From: an uncultured Eubacteriales bacterium
GTDB taxonomy: Bacteria > Bacillota > Clostridia > Oscillospirales > UBA644
Direction: 5' to 3'
Length of the DNA: 64,000 nucleotides
Assembly (NCBI GenBank): GCA_905207625.1
Contig: CAJLLT010000001.1
Span: 8,577-72,576 of the forward strand
The notes under the pieces were generated by a model. It had not been told where the DNA came from. It ran no database searches and worked only from the letters and a program-made list of their open reading frames with translations. Every line of letters starts with the position of its first letter. The first letter of the stretch is position 1. This document shows, piece after piece, positions 54,097-62,727 of the stretch. A program made the position numbers and the translations under genes.

Positions 54097-55305
54097 TCAG
54101 TCTGCGTACCGGTACTTATAGCTGTTGTAGCCGCCGTACTTATCGGAACCGTCACCCTTGGTAATAACGCTTCCGTCTTTCTCGTACGCATAGACGGTCT
54201 CCCCTTCCTTGGTAGTCCCGACACCTCTGCGCCAGGTTATTCCATCGTTTTTGTACTTCGTGGTTGCCGGTCCCCATTCAAGGACGTATATAGTACAGTC
54301 TTTAAGTCTTCCTATACTGTCCGCCGGACTTTCAAAGAACAGGTCTATGATATTGCCTTTGATCGCTCCTCCGGTATCTTCAACGGTACAGTAGCCGTAG
54401 ACGAAGCCGTCGGGAAGGACAATATAAAGCTTTGTTCCTATAGGATACCATCTCGGATCAGCGGCAACATAACCTATCTGACATTCCTTTGAAGTCCTTG
54501 TCCAGGTTCCCCCGTTGGGAGAGCGGTAGTAAGAAGTGGTCTGAAGATCATTGTATACGGAATCAAATACCACCGGAGCACCGTTGCGACGGTCGAAAAG
54601 GTCAGAAATGTCTTTATGGACTATTCTGGTAACGGGTTCCTTTGTGACCTTTTCACTGATCTTTGTGGAACTGACTTTCACACCGTTCACATACTTGATG
54701 CGGGTCGTGACGGTCTTCACTCCGTCTTCTCCGGGACGTTCGTTATACTTTGCCCTGCTGGCGGAATCGTAATAGCCCTTGTATGCCAGACGGTAGAGTC
54801 TGTAACTTACGGGGTAAACCACGGTCTCATACGGGATGGGAACCTTTGTGGTCACCGTTTCATATGTTATACGCCCGACCTCAACATAAATATCTTCAAA
54901 CAGAGGCGTATCGAGGGTATATCCGTCATTGATATAATCGGTATCGTTTACCGTGACTCCCGCTTTTTGCACAAGAGTCCGGACGGTAGCATTGTCGTTA
55001 TAGGAAAAGGGATAAGTATAATCCTTTCCGTCAACGGTCAGATGCGCAAGGAACATGACCTTATCGCTGACGTAAAGGTTCATCGGATCTTTTTCCACGA
55101 CCGGTTCAGGCTCAGTGGGAACGAAAACCGGAACGGAATCCGTGGGAGTTTCGGACTCATCGCTCATAGCCATAAGAACGATATCGTACGCAAAGAACAG
55201 CGTAAACACAAGCGAAGCCGCGAACAGCAGGATCGCCAGTCGTGAGTATATCCGGTTAGCTTTGCGTGAGCCCTTGTTATTTTCTTTCAAAAAAAGCACC
55301 ACCAT
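54097..55305 (-). CDS. membrane-anchored G5 plus 3D (MltA-like) domain cell-wall protein (YabE/Rpf-like)
   Basis: N-terminal TM helix; G5-like VTTRIKYVNGVKVSSTKISEKVTKEPVTRIV; 3D-domain VAADPRWYPIGTKLYI...VEDTGGAIKGNIIDLF. Confidence 0.8.
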   Translation of the reverse strand: MVVLFLKENNKGSRKANRIYSRLAILLFAASLVFTLFFAYDIVLMAMSDESETPTDSVPVFVPTEPEPVVEKDPMNLYVSDKVMFLAHLTVDGKDYTYPFSYNDNATVRTLVQKAGVTVNDTDYINDGYTLDTPLFEDIYVEVGRITYETVTTKVPIPYETVVYPVSYRLYRLAYKGYYDSASRAKYNERPGEDGVKTVTTRIKYVNGVKVSSTKISEKVTKEPVTRIVHKDISDLFDRRNGAPVVFDSVYNDLQTTSYYRSPNGGTWTRTSKECQIGYVAADPRWYPIGTKLYIVLPDGFVYGYCTVEDTGGAIKGNIIDLFFESPADSIGRLKDCTIYVLEWGPATTKYKNDGITWRRGVGTTKEGETVYAYEKDGSVITKGDGSDKYGGYNSYKYRYAD

Positions 55306-55540
55306 ATATTATCAAAACACAGTTGGTTTCGACGGTAAAAATTTCTTGTACCCGTATTGTAGCCCATTTTTTTCCTGAATATTCACAGGTACAGGATATC
55401 TATGTTAAGCCCCGTTTACTTCGGGCGATGTTTCTGATCTATGGTGCGGGAGTTCTATCTGCCGTCTGCTGAAACAAAAGATTTCCAATATAAGGAAAAG
55501 CTCCTGAATTCGCGAACAAACAAAATTATCCTTTGGTCAC

Positions 55541-55569
55541 ATTATACTACAAAAACCCCGAATTGTCAA
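55541..55569 (-). promoter_or_regulatory. consensus sigma-A promoter about 230 nt upstream of the G5/3D gene
   Basis: Minus strand reads TTGACA, 17 nt, TATAAT. Confidence 0.6.
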
Positions 55570-55786
55570 GCAAAATCGCATTTATCCACTGTTTCTGCCA
55601 CGAAATGAAGCACTTTTGCCATACTCTACCGACGGTAGAGATACTGTTTCCGGGAGGCAAAAAGGAAGAAATATCCGGTCAGATCTTCCGCCGCTATGAA
55701 AAACGTCGGTGAGCGGCTGAAATCCCCTGCCCGGAAAAATGTATGTATTCACCTGAAAAAAACTGTTCGGAACAGCAAAAAACCGA

Positions 55787-55815
55787 CCCCATGAAGAGGT
55801 CGGTTTGTAAGCATA
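55787..55815 (-). terminator. intrinsic terminator after rpsI
   Basis: AACCGACC / GGTCGGTT stem followed by a T-run on the minus strand; a second small hairpin follows. Confidence 0.7.
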
Positions 55816-55825
55816 AAGGCAAAGG

Positions 55826-56227
55826 TCAGCGCTTGGAGAACTGAGGAGCACGACGAGCGGCTTTCAGACCGGGCTTCTTTCTTTCCTTCATTCTGGGGTC
55901 TCTGGTAAGGAGACCTGCCTTCTTGAGGACAGTTCTGTAATTAGGGTCTATCTTGAGCATAGCTCTTGCAAGACCGTGGCGGATAGCGCCTGCCTGACCG
56001 GTAACGCCGCCGCCGACAACGGTGGCAACGATGTCAAACTTGCCGAGGGTCTCGGTAAGCTGCATGGGCTGACGAACGATGAGTTTAAGAGTCTCGAGAC
56101 CGAAATAGTCGTCGATATCTCTGTTGTTAATGGTTATATTTCCGGTGCCTTCGTAAACTCTAACTCTGGCGACGGACTGCTTTCTTCTGCCGGTGCCGTA
56201 AAAATACGGTTTCTTGGATTCGTACAT
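55826..56227 (-). CDS. rpsI: 30S ribosomal protein S9
   Basis: [13 protein letters not shown]...[14 protein letters not shown]...[18 protein letters not shown]. Confidence 0.97.
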   Translation of the reverse strand: MYESKKPYFYGTGRRKQSVARVRVYEGTGNITINNRDIDDYFGLETLKLIVRQPMQLTETLGKFDIVATVVGGGVTGQAGAIRHGLARAMLKIDPNYRTVLKKAGLLTRDPRMKERKKPGLKAARRAPQFSKR

Positions 56228-56240
56228 CTCATCGTCCTCC

Positions 56241-56672
56241 TTAGTCTATATTGTATACTTCGGGCTTCTGAGCAGCATGAGGATGCTCGGAGCCGGAGTA
56301 AACATGCAGACGGCGGAATGCGCTGCGTCCGATAACGTTATCGGGGAGCATTCTCTTGACTGCGAGTTCGAAAGCGAATTCGGGATTCTCTCTCATAAGG
56401 GTCTTGTACTGGATCTCCTTGAGACCGCCGACGTAACCCGTATGATATCTGTAATATTTCTGTTCCAGTTTCTTACCGGTAAGTATCGACTTGTCAGCAT
56501 TGATAACGACAACAAAGTCGCCGCTGTCAAAGTGAGGAGTAAAGGTAGCCTTATGTTTGCCTCTGAGAAGAACGGCAACTTCGGCAGCAACACGACCCAT
56601 GGGCTTGTTGGCTGCGTCAACAACGTACCATTTACGTTCGATATTTCCGGCGTTAGCCATAAATGTCGACAT
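56241..56672 (-). CDS. rplM: 50S ribosomal protein L13
   Basis: RKWYVVDA...GRVA..VA..LRGKHK..FTPH motifs. Confidence 0.97.
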   Translation of the reverse strand: MSTFMANAGNIERKWYVVDAANKPMGRVAAEVAVLLRGKHKATFTPHFDSGDFVVVINADKSILTGKKLEQKYYRYHTGYVGGLKEIQYKTLMRENPEFAFELAVKRMLPDNVIGRSAFRRLHVYSGSEHPHAAQKPEVYNID

Positions 56673-56715
56673 GATTTTTCCTCCGTAAAATTCCGTGAAT
56701 TATTCGTACTTCGTT

Positions 56716-56744
56716 ATTATATCAGAAAAGTCCCGCCTTGTCAA
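56716..56744 (-). promoter_or_regulatory. consensus sigma-A promoter for rplM-rpsI
   Basis: Minus strand reads TTGACA, 17 nt, TATAAT. Confidence 0.65.
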
Positions 56745-56845
56745 TACCTTTTCCGAAATTTTTCAGAGTAATCGGTCTAAAGCTCCGTTTTTCTCGCTTT
56801 AACACCCTGTTTGCTCGCGTTTTCACCGCACGCACATAAAAAAAT

Positions 56846-58570
56846 TCAAAATTGATTTTTCTTTCCCACAACGTATGCAGTACGGTAATTGTCGTAAATC
56901 ACCATTCCCGGACGTGAACCGCCGGGCTTACGGACGTTACGGATCTCGGTGTAGTCCACCGCCACCTTCGCGCCGCTGTCTGCGCCGCTGTTGTCCGCGG
57001 CGAGATGAGCCGCAAAATCCAGGGTTGAATCCGGGGGTTTTCTTCCGTCGGTGACGACAACAACGTGGCTGCCGGGATAATCCTTGACGTGAAACCAGAT
57101 GTCATGCTTATCCGCAATTGAAGTAGTTATTTCATCGTTCTGAACATTATTTTTACCGATCATGACGGTGAATCCGTCGGGAGACACGACCGTAAAAGGG
57201 ACGAATCTCTCTTTTTTCGGTGCCTTTCTCCCTTTTGCCGCAGCAGGAGCCTTCACATATCCGGAAGCGGCGAGTTCCGCGCGGATCTGACGCAGATCGT
57301 CAGCCGTTCCGGCACGGGAAAGCTCATCGAAAACACTGTCCAGATATACAAGTTCCTTTTCTCCCTCCGGGATCTGTTTATTGAGGATTTTTATGGCAGT
57401 CTGAGCCTTTTTGTACATCTTGTAGTACCTCTGGGCATTGGCAGAGGGAGTCAGCCTTGCATCCAGCGGCACGGTCTTCTGCTCCGGAGGATCAGCAGTA
57501 TAATCCGTCAGAACGGCACTGTCCATGCCCTTCCCTATCCGGTACATTTCCGCTATTATCATATCTCCGTACAGGCGGTATATATTTGACTTTTCACAGT
57601 CCGCAAGCTCAGCCCTCTGGGCCTCAAGTTTACGGCAAAGCCTTTCCTTATGGGTAGTAAGAAGTTTATGGGTGTCCGAACCGAGACGTCGGGAGTGCTC
57701 CTGAGAGGATTTTTCAGCAAAAAACCTGTCCATTGCCGCCGAAAGGGTTTCGGGATGAGAGTCTTTACCCTCACCGTACTGGGTTATGGGCAGACAATAG
57801 TATTCCAGAGGTTTATCTCCGTCAAATATCAGACTCGGCGTCCGGCTTCCGTTTTCCGAAGCGTCGTAAAGCCCCTCCAGAAGGTTTATCAGCTTTTCCC
57901 GTTCCTGCTGTGAAAAACCGTTCATTGGAGTATCTGTTTCCCCCGTAGCCCTGAAGACAAGCTCCCGGCTCAGCAGCGGAGAAAAACCGAGGAATGTTTC
58001 CGTAAGATACTTATCCCCTCTTTTTTCCGATGAAAAATCGGGACTGAACCCCCGTGTCAGCAGGATTTTATCCTGCGATGGCGGAAGCTCGTATCTCAGC
58101 CCGGGAAGTATCTGCCGTTTTGAACTTGTGGTGAAATCCACAGGTTTCACCGCATCGGCAATAATTCCGTTACCGTCGGTGAAAATAATATTGCTGTACC
58201 GTCCCATGACTTCGATTATCAGTTGCTTGTACACCGTATCGTAAAGCTCCGTGCGACACTCAAAGCGTATGATAAGAACACGCTCCAGTCCGGGTTGTGA
58301 AACATCCGTAATCCGGGAGGCTACAAGATGCTTACGCAGGAGCATACAGAAATTCGGAGCAACCGCGGGATTCTCCTTCGCAGAAGAGGTAATATGTACC
58401 CGCGCATGGGAAGGATCCGCCGACATCAGCAGGCGGAATCCGGTTTTATTATGTATATTCAATACTATTTCGTCCCGTTCGGGCTGATTTACCTTTTCAA
58501 CACGCCCGCCGACAAGAGCCTCACGGAGCTCATTGCAGAGCGCCCGCATCATAATGCCGTCAAGTGCCAT
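56846..58570 (-). CDS. rqcH: ribosome quality-control protein RqcH (NFACT / FbpA family)
   Basis: MALDGIMMRALCNEL...GGRVEKVNQPERDEIVL N-terminus and a C-terminal DUF814-like region; ATG at 58570 follows AAGGAAG. Confidence 0.85.
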   Translation of the reverse strand: MALDGIMMRALCNELREALVGGRVEKVNQPERDEIVLNIHNKTGFRLLMSADPSHARVHITSSAKENPAVAPNFCMLLRKHLVASRITDVSQPGLERVLIIRFECRTELYDTVYKQLIIEVMGRYSNIIFTDGNGIIADAVKPVDFTTSSKRQILPGLRYELPPSQDKILLTRGFSPDFSSEKRGDKYLTETFLGFSPLLSRELVFRATGETDTPMNGFSQQEREKLINLLEGLYDASENGSRTPSLIFDGDKPLEYYCLPITQYGEGKDSHPETLSAAMDRFFAEKSSQEHSRRLGSDTHKLLTTHKERLCRKLEAQRAELADCEKSNIYRLYGDMIIAEMYRIGKGMDSAVLTDYTADPPEQKTVPLDARLTPSANAQRYYKMYKKAQTAIKILNKQIPEGEKELVYLDSVFDELSRAGTADDLRQIRAELAASGYVKAPAAAKGRKAPKKERFVPFTVVSPDGFTVMIGKNNVQNDEITTSIADKHDIWFHVKDYPGSHVVVVTDGRKPPDSTLDFAAHLAADNSGADSGAKVAVDYTEIRNVRKPGGSRPGMVIYDNYRTAYVVGKKNQF

Positions 58571-58619
58571 ATTCTTCCTTATTAATAATGTGTCAGATAT
58601 CCCACCGGTCAACAAATAT

Positions 58620-59378
58620 TTACATTGCTTCGATAATCCCGGTACAGGTCTGGGACATTTCAAATTCTACATCGGGGAACTGATTCTCAAGTTTGGTTTT
58701 CAGAAATCTCATAGCGGGGTTTTCGGTCTCAAAATGACCTGCTGCAACGAGATTAATTCCGTACTGCTTTGCTTCGAGCCAGTGGTGGTAACTTGCCTCA
58801 CCCGTAAGAAGTGTATCCGCCCCTGACATTGCGGCGGCTTCCACCTCACTGCCTCCCGCGCCGCTCACCACGGCAACACGGTGAACTGACCTGCCCGCAT
58901 CAAAATACTGAACGCATGGCGCGGAAAGAGCCGTTTTCACCTTGGAAACAAAGGCGTAAAGAGTCGAAACAGGCGCAGTCCCGATGCGACCTATGACCGC
59001 GGAATCCTCGGGCATCATATCGGAAAGTCCGTCTATACCCGCAAAGTAAGCGAGTATATCACAAACGCCCCCGGGAGCACGGTCAAAATTCGTATGCGCC
59101 GAAAGTGCGGCGATATTGAACCGGATAAGAGAGTATACTATGCTGTCTCCGTCAATATTTTTCACGGGAGAAAAGATACAGGGATGATGGGATATTATCA
59201 GCCCGCATCTGTTACGGGCAGCCTCCTCCGCAACCTGAGCCGTAATGTCGAGGCATACCATTACCTTGCGGACCTCTCTGTCCATACTTCCGATATTAAG
59301 TCCGCTGTTGTCCCAGTCTGCGGCGGTACGGTAAGGTGCGACGGAGTCTATAAATTCATATATACTTCTTATTTTCAT
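58620..59378 (-). CDS. Nif3-like dinuclear metal-centre protein (YqfO family)
   Basis: 252 aa; WDNSGL and ISHHP motifs; overlaps trmK by 4 nt, the classic yqfN-yqfO pairing. Confidence 0.85.
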   Translation of the reverse strand: MKIRSIYEFIDSVAPYRTAADWDNSGLNIGSMDREVRKVMVCLDITAQVAEEAARNRCGLIISHHPCIFSPVKNIDGDSIVYSLIRFNIAALSAHTNFDRAPGGVCDILAYFAGIDGLSDMMPEDSAVIGRIGTAPVSTLYAFVSKVKTALSAPCVQYFDAGRSVHRVAVVSGAGGSEVEAAAMSGADTLLTGEASYHHWLEAKQYGINLVAAGHFETENPAMRFLKTKLENQFPDVEFEMSQTCTGIIEAM

Positions 59379-60037
59379 TTCAGTATTTCCTTTATGTAAG
59401 CCAATTCTGTCTGCGTTTTTTTCCAGACCCCGGCGGAGGTAAACTCGGTCTGTCTTGCGATGGATTCCAGACGTTCCGCAAGAGCTTCAAAATATTCGTA
59501 TTTTTCGGAATAAGTCTTGGCACGCAAAGCCGTAGAAGCGTAAACAAGGCTCTCATTCCAGTCACAGGGACTGTTTTCCGCCTTGATAACTATGTAAAGC
59601 TTTTCACCTTCACGAACTACATCCTCATCGGTTATACTGTAACCGGAGGTATATAAAAACCGGCGGAGTTCGGGAATTTTTGTCATGGGCTGAAAAACGA
59701 ATCTCCGCTTGTTTGCGGTATTTATTCGGGAAAGGATATTTGCCGTAAGCTCTCCGCCCATGCCGGCTATAACTGCGGTATCCCAATCGTCGGGAACGGA
59801 GTCAAAACCGTCGGAAAGAAAGGTCTTGACCTTGTCAGTCATGCCACAGCTTCGGATATACTCCTCCGCCCTGGACAGAGGCCCCTTGCCTACGTCACAG
59901 GCATATGCCCTGTCGCATTTACCCCTTCCGATAAGTGTCAGCGGCACAAAAGCATGGTCTGTGCCTATGTCGGCAAGAGTTTTACACTCACCGACATAAG
60001 CGCAGACCTTCTCCAGCCTCGGAGTAAGCTTAAACAT
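59375..60037 (-). CDS. trmK: tRNA (adenine22-N1)-methyltransferase TrmK
   Basis: LADIGTDHAFVP...ACDVGKGPL...IAGMGG motifs. Confidence 0.8.
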   Translation of the reverse strand: MFKLTPRLEKVCAYVGECKTLADIGTDHAFVPLTLIGRGKCDRAYACDVGKGPLSRAEEYIRSCGMTDKVKTFLSDGFDSVPDDWDTAVIAGMGGELTANILSRINTANKRRFVFQPMTKIPELRRFLYTSGYSITDEDVVREGEKLYIVIKAENSPCDWNESLVYASTALRAKTYSEKYEYFEALAERLESIARQTEFTSAGVWKKTQTELAYIKEILK

Positions 60038-60239
60038 TCTCTGCGGCGATGTTTATTGCCTCAACAAGCTCGTCCGGATCAACGCCGTGAACGGCACAGG
60101 CCTGCTCTATGGTTTCGCCTCTGGCACTGGGGCAGCCCAGGCAGTGCATACCTGCGGCAAGCAGAAGCTCTGCGCTGTCGGGGAATATTCCGAGAACTTC
60201 ACCGATGGTCATGTCTTTTGTAATAACGATTTTGCTCAT
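60030..60239 (-). CDS. DUF1858-type small redox-disulfide protein
   Basis: 69 aa; MTIGEVL...P....LL...GMHCLGCP...E.IE.A...HG motif pattern. Confidence 0.7.
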   Translation of the reverse strand: MSKIVITKDMTIGEVLGIFPDSAELLLAAGMHCLGCPSARGETIEQACAVHGVDPDELVEAINIAAENV

Positions 60240-60265
60240 TTTCGTAAACCTTTCCTGTTGTTGAT

Positions 60266-61642
60266 TTATCTTATTTCCGGCAAGCTTGCCGCAGCAATGG
60301 ACTGACCCACGCGCCGGCTGTTCTCGTCGGGAATATGAAGCACTATTGTCCTGCTCAGCACGGGAAACTCTTCCTCAAGGACCTGTTGCGCCTTTTCCAG
60401 GATAAGAGTTCCTCCGCTACCGGAAGTCACACGTCCCATGAGAAGAACGTGTTTGATATTGTAAAACTGCGCATAATATGCCAGTTCATAACCGAGATAT
60501 ACGCCTATCGTACGGAATATTTTTTCAGCCCTCGGATCGTTGCGGAGCATAAGTTCCTGCACCGCACGGAGCTTTTCGGCAGGGGTCATATCCCTGTCAA
60601 GTTCTATCCCCGAAACGGGCGCAAGACGGATTACAGCATCCTGGGAAAAATACTTGACTCCGCATCCCACATCGCCGGACCATTCATCCACGGCGGCTTC
60701 GGGATTGAGATCAACGGGGATAAACGCAAGCTCATTGAGCCATCCGGTAATGTTACCGGCTCCGTCAACATATCCTCCCGCTTCGCTTGTTCCCATGGCT
60801 ATACCGAGAATATCCGTATCGTCAAGTTCCATTGCCCCCGCAAGAGCGGTAACGTCTCCGTCATTTGCAACACAGACAGGCACGTCTCCTATCTGTTTTG
60901 CCACATCTATATACATATTTTTGACGGACTTTTCAAAGTCCTCGTCGCCAACCTTAACGAAAAGAGAGGCAACCATTATCCTGTTATCGATATAAACACC
61001 GGCGGAACTCACTCCTATTGCATCCACCCTGGGCATTTTCGATGCTGCGGTTTTCATAGCCTCAAGTATTCCCTGATAGTGATAAGCCGGATCGGAGTTT
61101 GTTTTCGGATGCCAGATGACCTCCTCTGAGTATACAGTTTTTCCGTCAACTACCGCGCTGACTTTACGGTCGCTTCCACCGGCATCAAAGCCTATGCGGC
61201 AACCGTCAAGATGCCGGCCTACAGCCTCAGATTTCTCAAAGGTCTCCGGTGCGTCGTCAATATGCCTTTTTTCCACGCAGAACGGTCTTTCATACACTCT
61301 GCTCATGAATTCCGCATCAAATCTTCTTTTTCCGTCCGGACTGTAATCTGCGGCAATCCTGTCGGCAATAGCAGAAGAACCTGCAATAATTATCTTATAA
61401 CCGCCTTTTGCCCAGAGAAGAGTCTTTACAATGCGTTCGGCATAAACATAGTTTTCCTCGTCGTGTCCCGTATTATCCTCAAAAACTTTTGTACGGTACG
61501 CGGAAATATATCCGTTGTTGCGCTCAATGCCTATTACCAGGCTTCGTCCCCCGTCCCTGTCCACCCGTTTTATAAACTCACGGCAAAACACGGACATGGG
61601 GGCAAAATCCGCATCAAGTTCGGCTTTTACTTTAAGTTCCAT
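60266..61642 (-). CDS. ASKHA-superfamily sugar kinase, ROK-like, with an N-terminal extension of about 140 aa
   Basis: IGFDAGGSDRK phosphate-1 motif, NDGDVTALAG and GTSEAGG motifs. I found no ROK zinc CxCGxxGC motif. Confidence 0.6.
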   Translation of the reverse strand: MELKVKAELDADFAPMSVFCREFIKRVDRDGGRSLVIGIERNNGYISAYRTKVFEDNTGHDEENYVYAERIVKTLLWAKGGYKIIIAGSSAIADRIAADYSPDGKRRFDAEFMSRVYERPFCVEKRHIDDAPETFEKSEAVGRHLDGCRIGFDAGGSDRKVSAVVDGKTVYSEEVIWHPKTNSDPAYHYQGILEAMKTAASKMPRVDAIGVSSAGVYIDNRIMVASLFVKVGDEDFEKSVKNMYIDVAKQIGDVPVCVANDGDVTALAGAMELDDTDILGIAMGTSEAGGYVDGAGNITGWLNELAFIPVDLNPEAAVDEWSGDVGCGVKYFSQDAVIRLAPVSGIELDRDMTPAEKLRAVQELMLRNDPRAEKIFRTIGVYLGYELAYYAQFYNIKHVLLMGRVTSGSGGTLILEKAQQVLEEEFPVLSRTIVLHIPDENSRRVGQSIAAASLPEIR

Positions 61643-61659
61643 GTATCCTTTTCCTTTGC

Positions 61660-62700
61660 TCAGTGTGTGACGGTTACCTTCTGCAGTCCTCTGGGTGCAT
61701 CAGGGTTTCTTCCCTTGACCTCCGCAAGATTTGCGGCAAAAAGCTGTGCGAATATGGCAAAGTAGAAGGAGGCGATCATATCTTCCTTGTATGCGCAGGG
61801 AATCTTGAAACCTTCTATTCCCTGAGCAAGCAGTTCATCATCATCGGATACCATGAATATATCCGCGCCCGCTCCCTGGAGCTTTCTTATCATTTCCATG
61901 GTGTCGTTTTTAACCGGACCGTCGGACATATAGACGAATACCGGGGTTCCCTCGCTGATCATGGCGAAAGGACCATGGTGGAAGTCCGAGATGGGATAAG
62001 CCTTTGCCCGGACGTAATTTGTCTCCTGGATTTTCAGTGTGGCTTCAAGGGCAATAGGATAATTTATACCTCTGGAAAGAACAAATGCCTCATCCATGAA
62101 ACGGTATCTGCGGGCGATCTCCGCAATGGTCTCATCCTGAAGAATTATATTGCACATCTGCTCGGGAACCTTTGCGAGCATATCGAGAATATCCTTTCTT
62201 CCCGCCCATTTGGCGGCAAGATGAGCCATAAGGTAAAGTTCTGTACCGAAGGTTTTGGTTGCGGCGACACTCTTTTCCACTCCGGCGTCGCAGTACAGAT
62301 GGTAGTCCGCCGCACCGGCAAGCAGAGAGCCCTCGGTGTTTGTCACGGTCACGGTAAGAGCGCCGCTCTTCTTTGCCATGGAGATATACTCCGCAACGTC
62401 TGCCGCAGCTCCGGACTGGGAAATGCCGATAACAAGCATATCAGACATATCTATATCTGCGCCATACAGAGTCACAACGGAGCAGGCCGCAAGCCCTACG
62501 GGGATCCCCACGAGCTTTTCTATTATATATTTGCCGTAAATACCCGCATGATCGGATGTGCCGCGGGCGGCGACTATAACGTTGCGTATTTTGCGGGAAG
62601 TGAGATCCGCAACAAGTCTGTCAAAGGTTTCGGCATTGGTTTTGATGCATTTTTCCATGACCTTCGGTTCTTCGAAGATCTCCTGTTTCATAAGTGTCAT
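61660..62700 (-). CDS. tandem SIS-domain sugar-phosphate isomerase/deaminase (GlmS isomerase-half-like: NagB-II/AgaS/FrlB class)
   Basis: 346 aa; two SIS repeats (VAARGTSDHA..., GISQSGAAADV...); AAGGAGA SD. Confidence 0.75.
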   Translation of the reverse strand: MTLMKQEIFEEPKVMEKCIKTNAETFDRLVADLTSRKIRNVIVAARGTSDHAGIYGKYIIEKLVGIPVGLAACSVVTLYGADIDMSDMLVIGISQSGAAADVAEYISMAKKSGALTVTVTNTEGSLLAGAADYHLYCDAGVEKSVAATKTFGTELYLMAHLAAKWAGRKDILDMLAKVPEQMCNIILQDETIAEIARRYRFMDEAFVLSRGINYPIALEATLKIQETNYVRAKAYPISDFHHGPFAMISEGTPVFVYMSDGPVKNDTMEMIRKLQGAGADIFMVSDDDELLAQGIEGFKIPCAYKEDMIASFYFAIFAQLFAANLAEVKGRNPDAPRGLQKVTVTH

Positions 62701-62727
62701 TATTACTATCTCTCCTTGAAAGATTAT

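Noticed and set aside
55582-55851. 89-aa minus-strand ORF between rpsI and the G5/3D gene promoter
   Set aside because: It starts inside the rpsI coding region in a different reading frame, runs through the rpsI terminator hairpins and has no RBS. It is most likely non-coding intergenic sequence.
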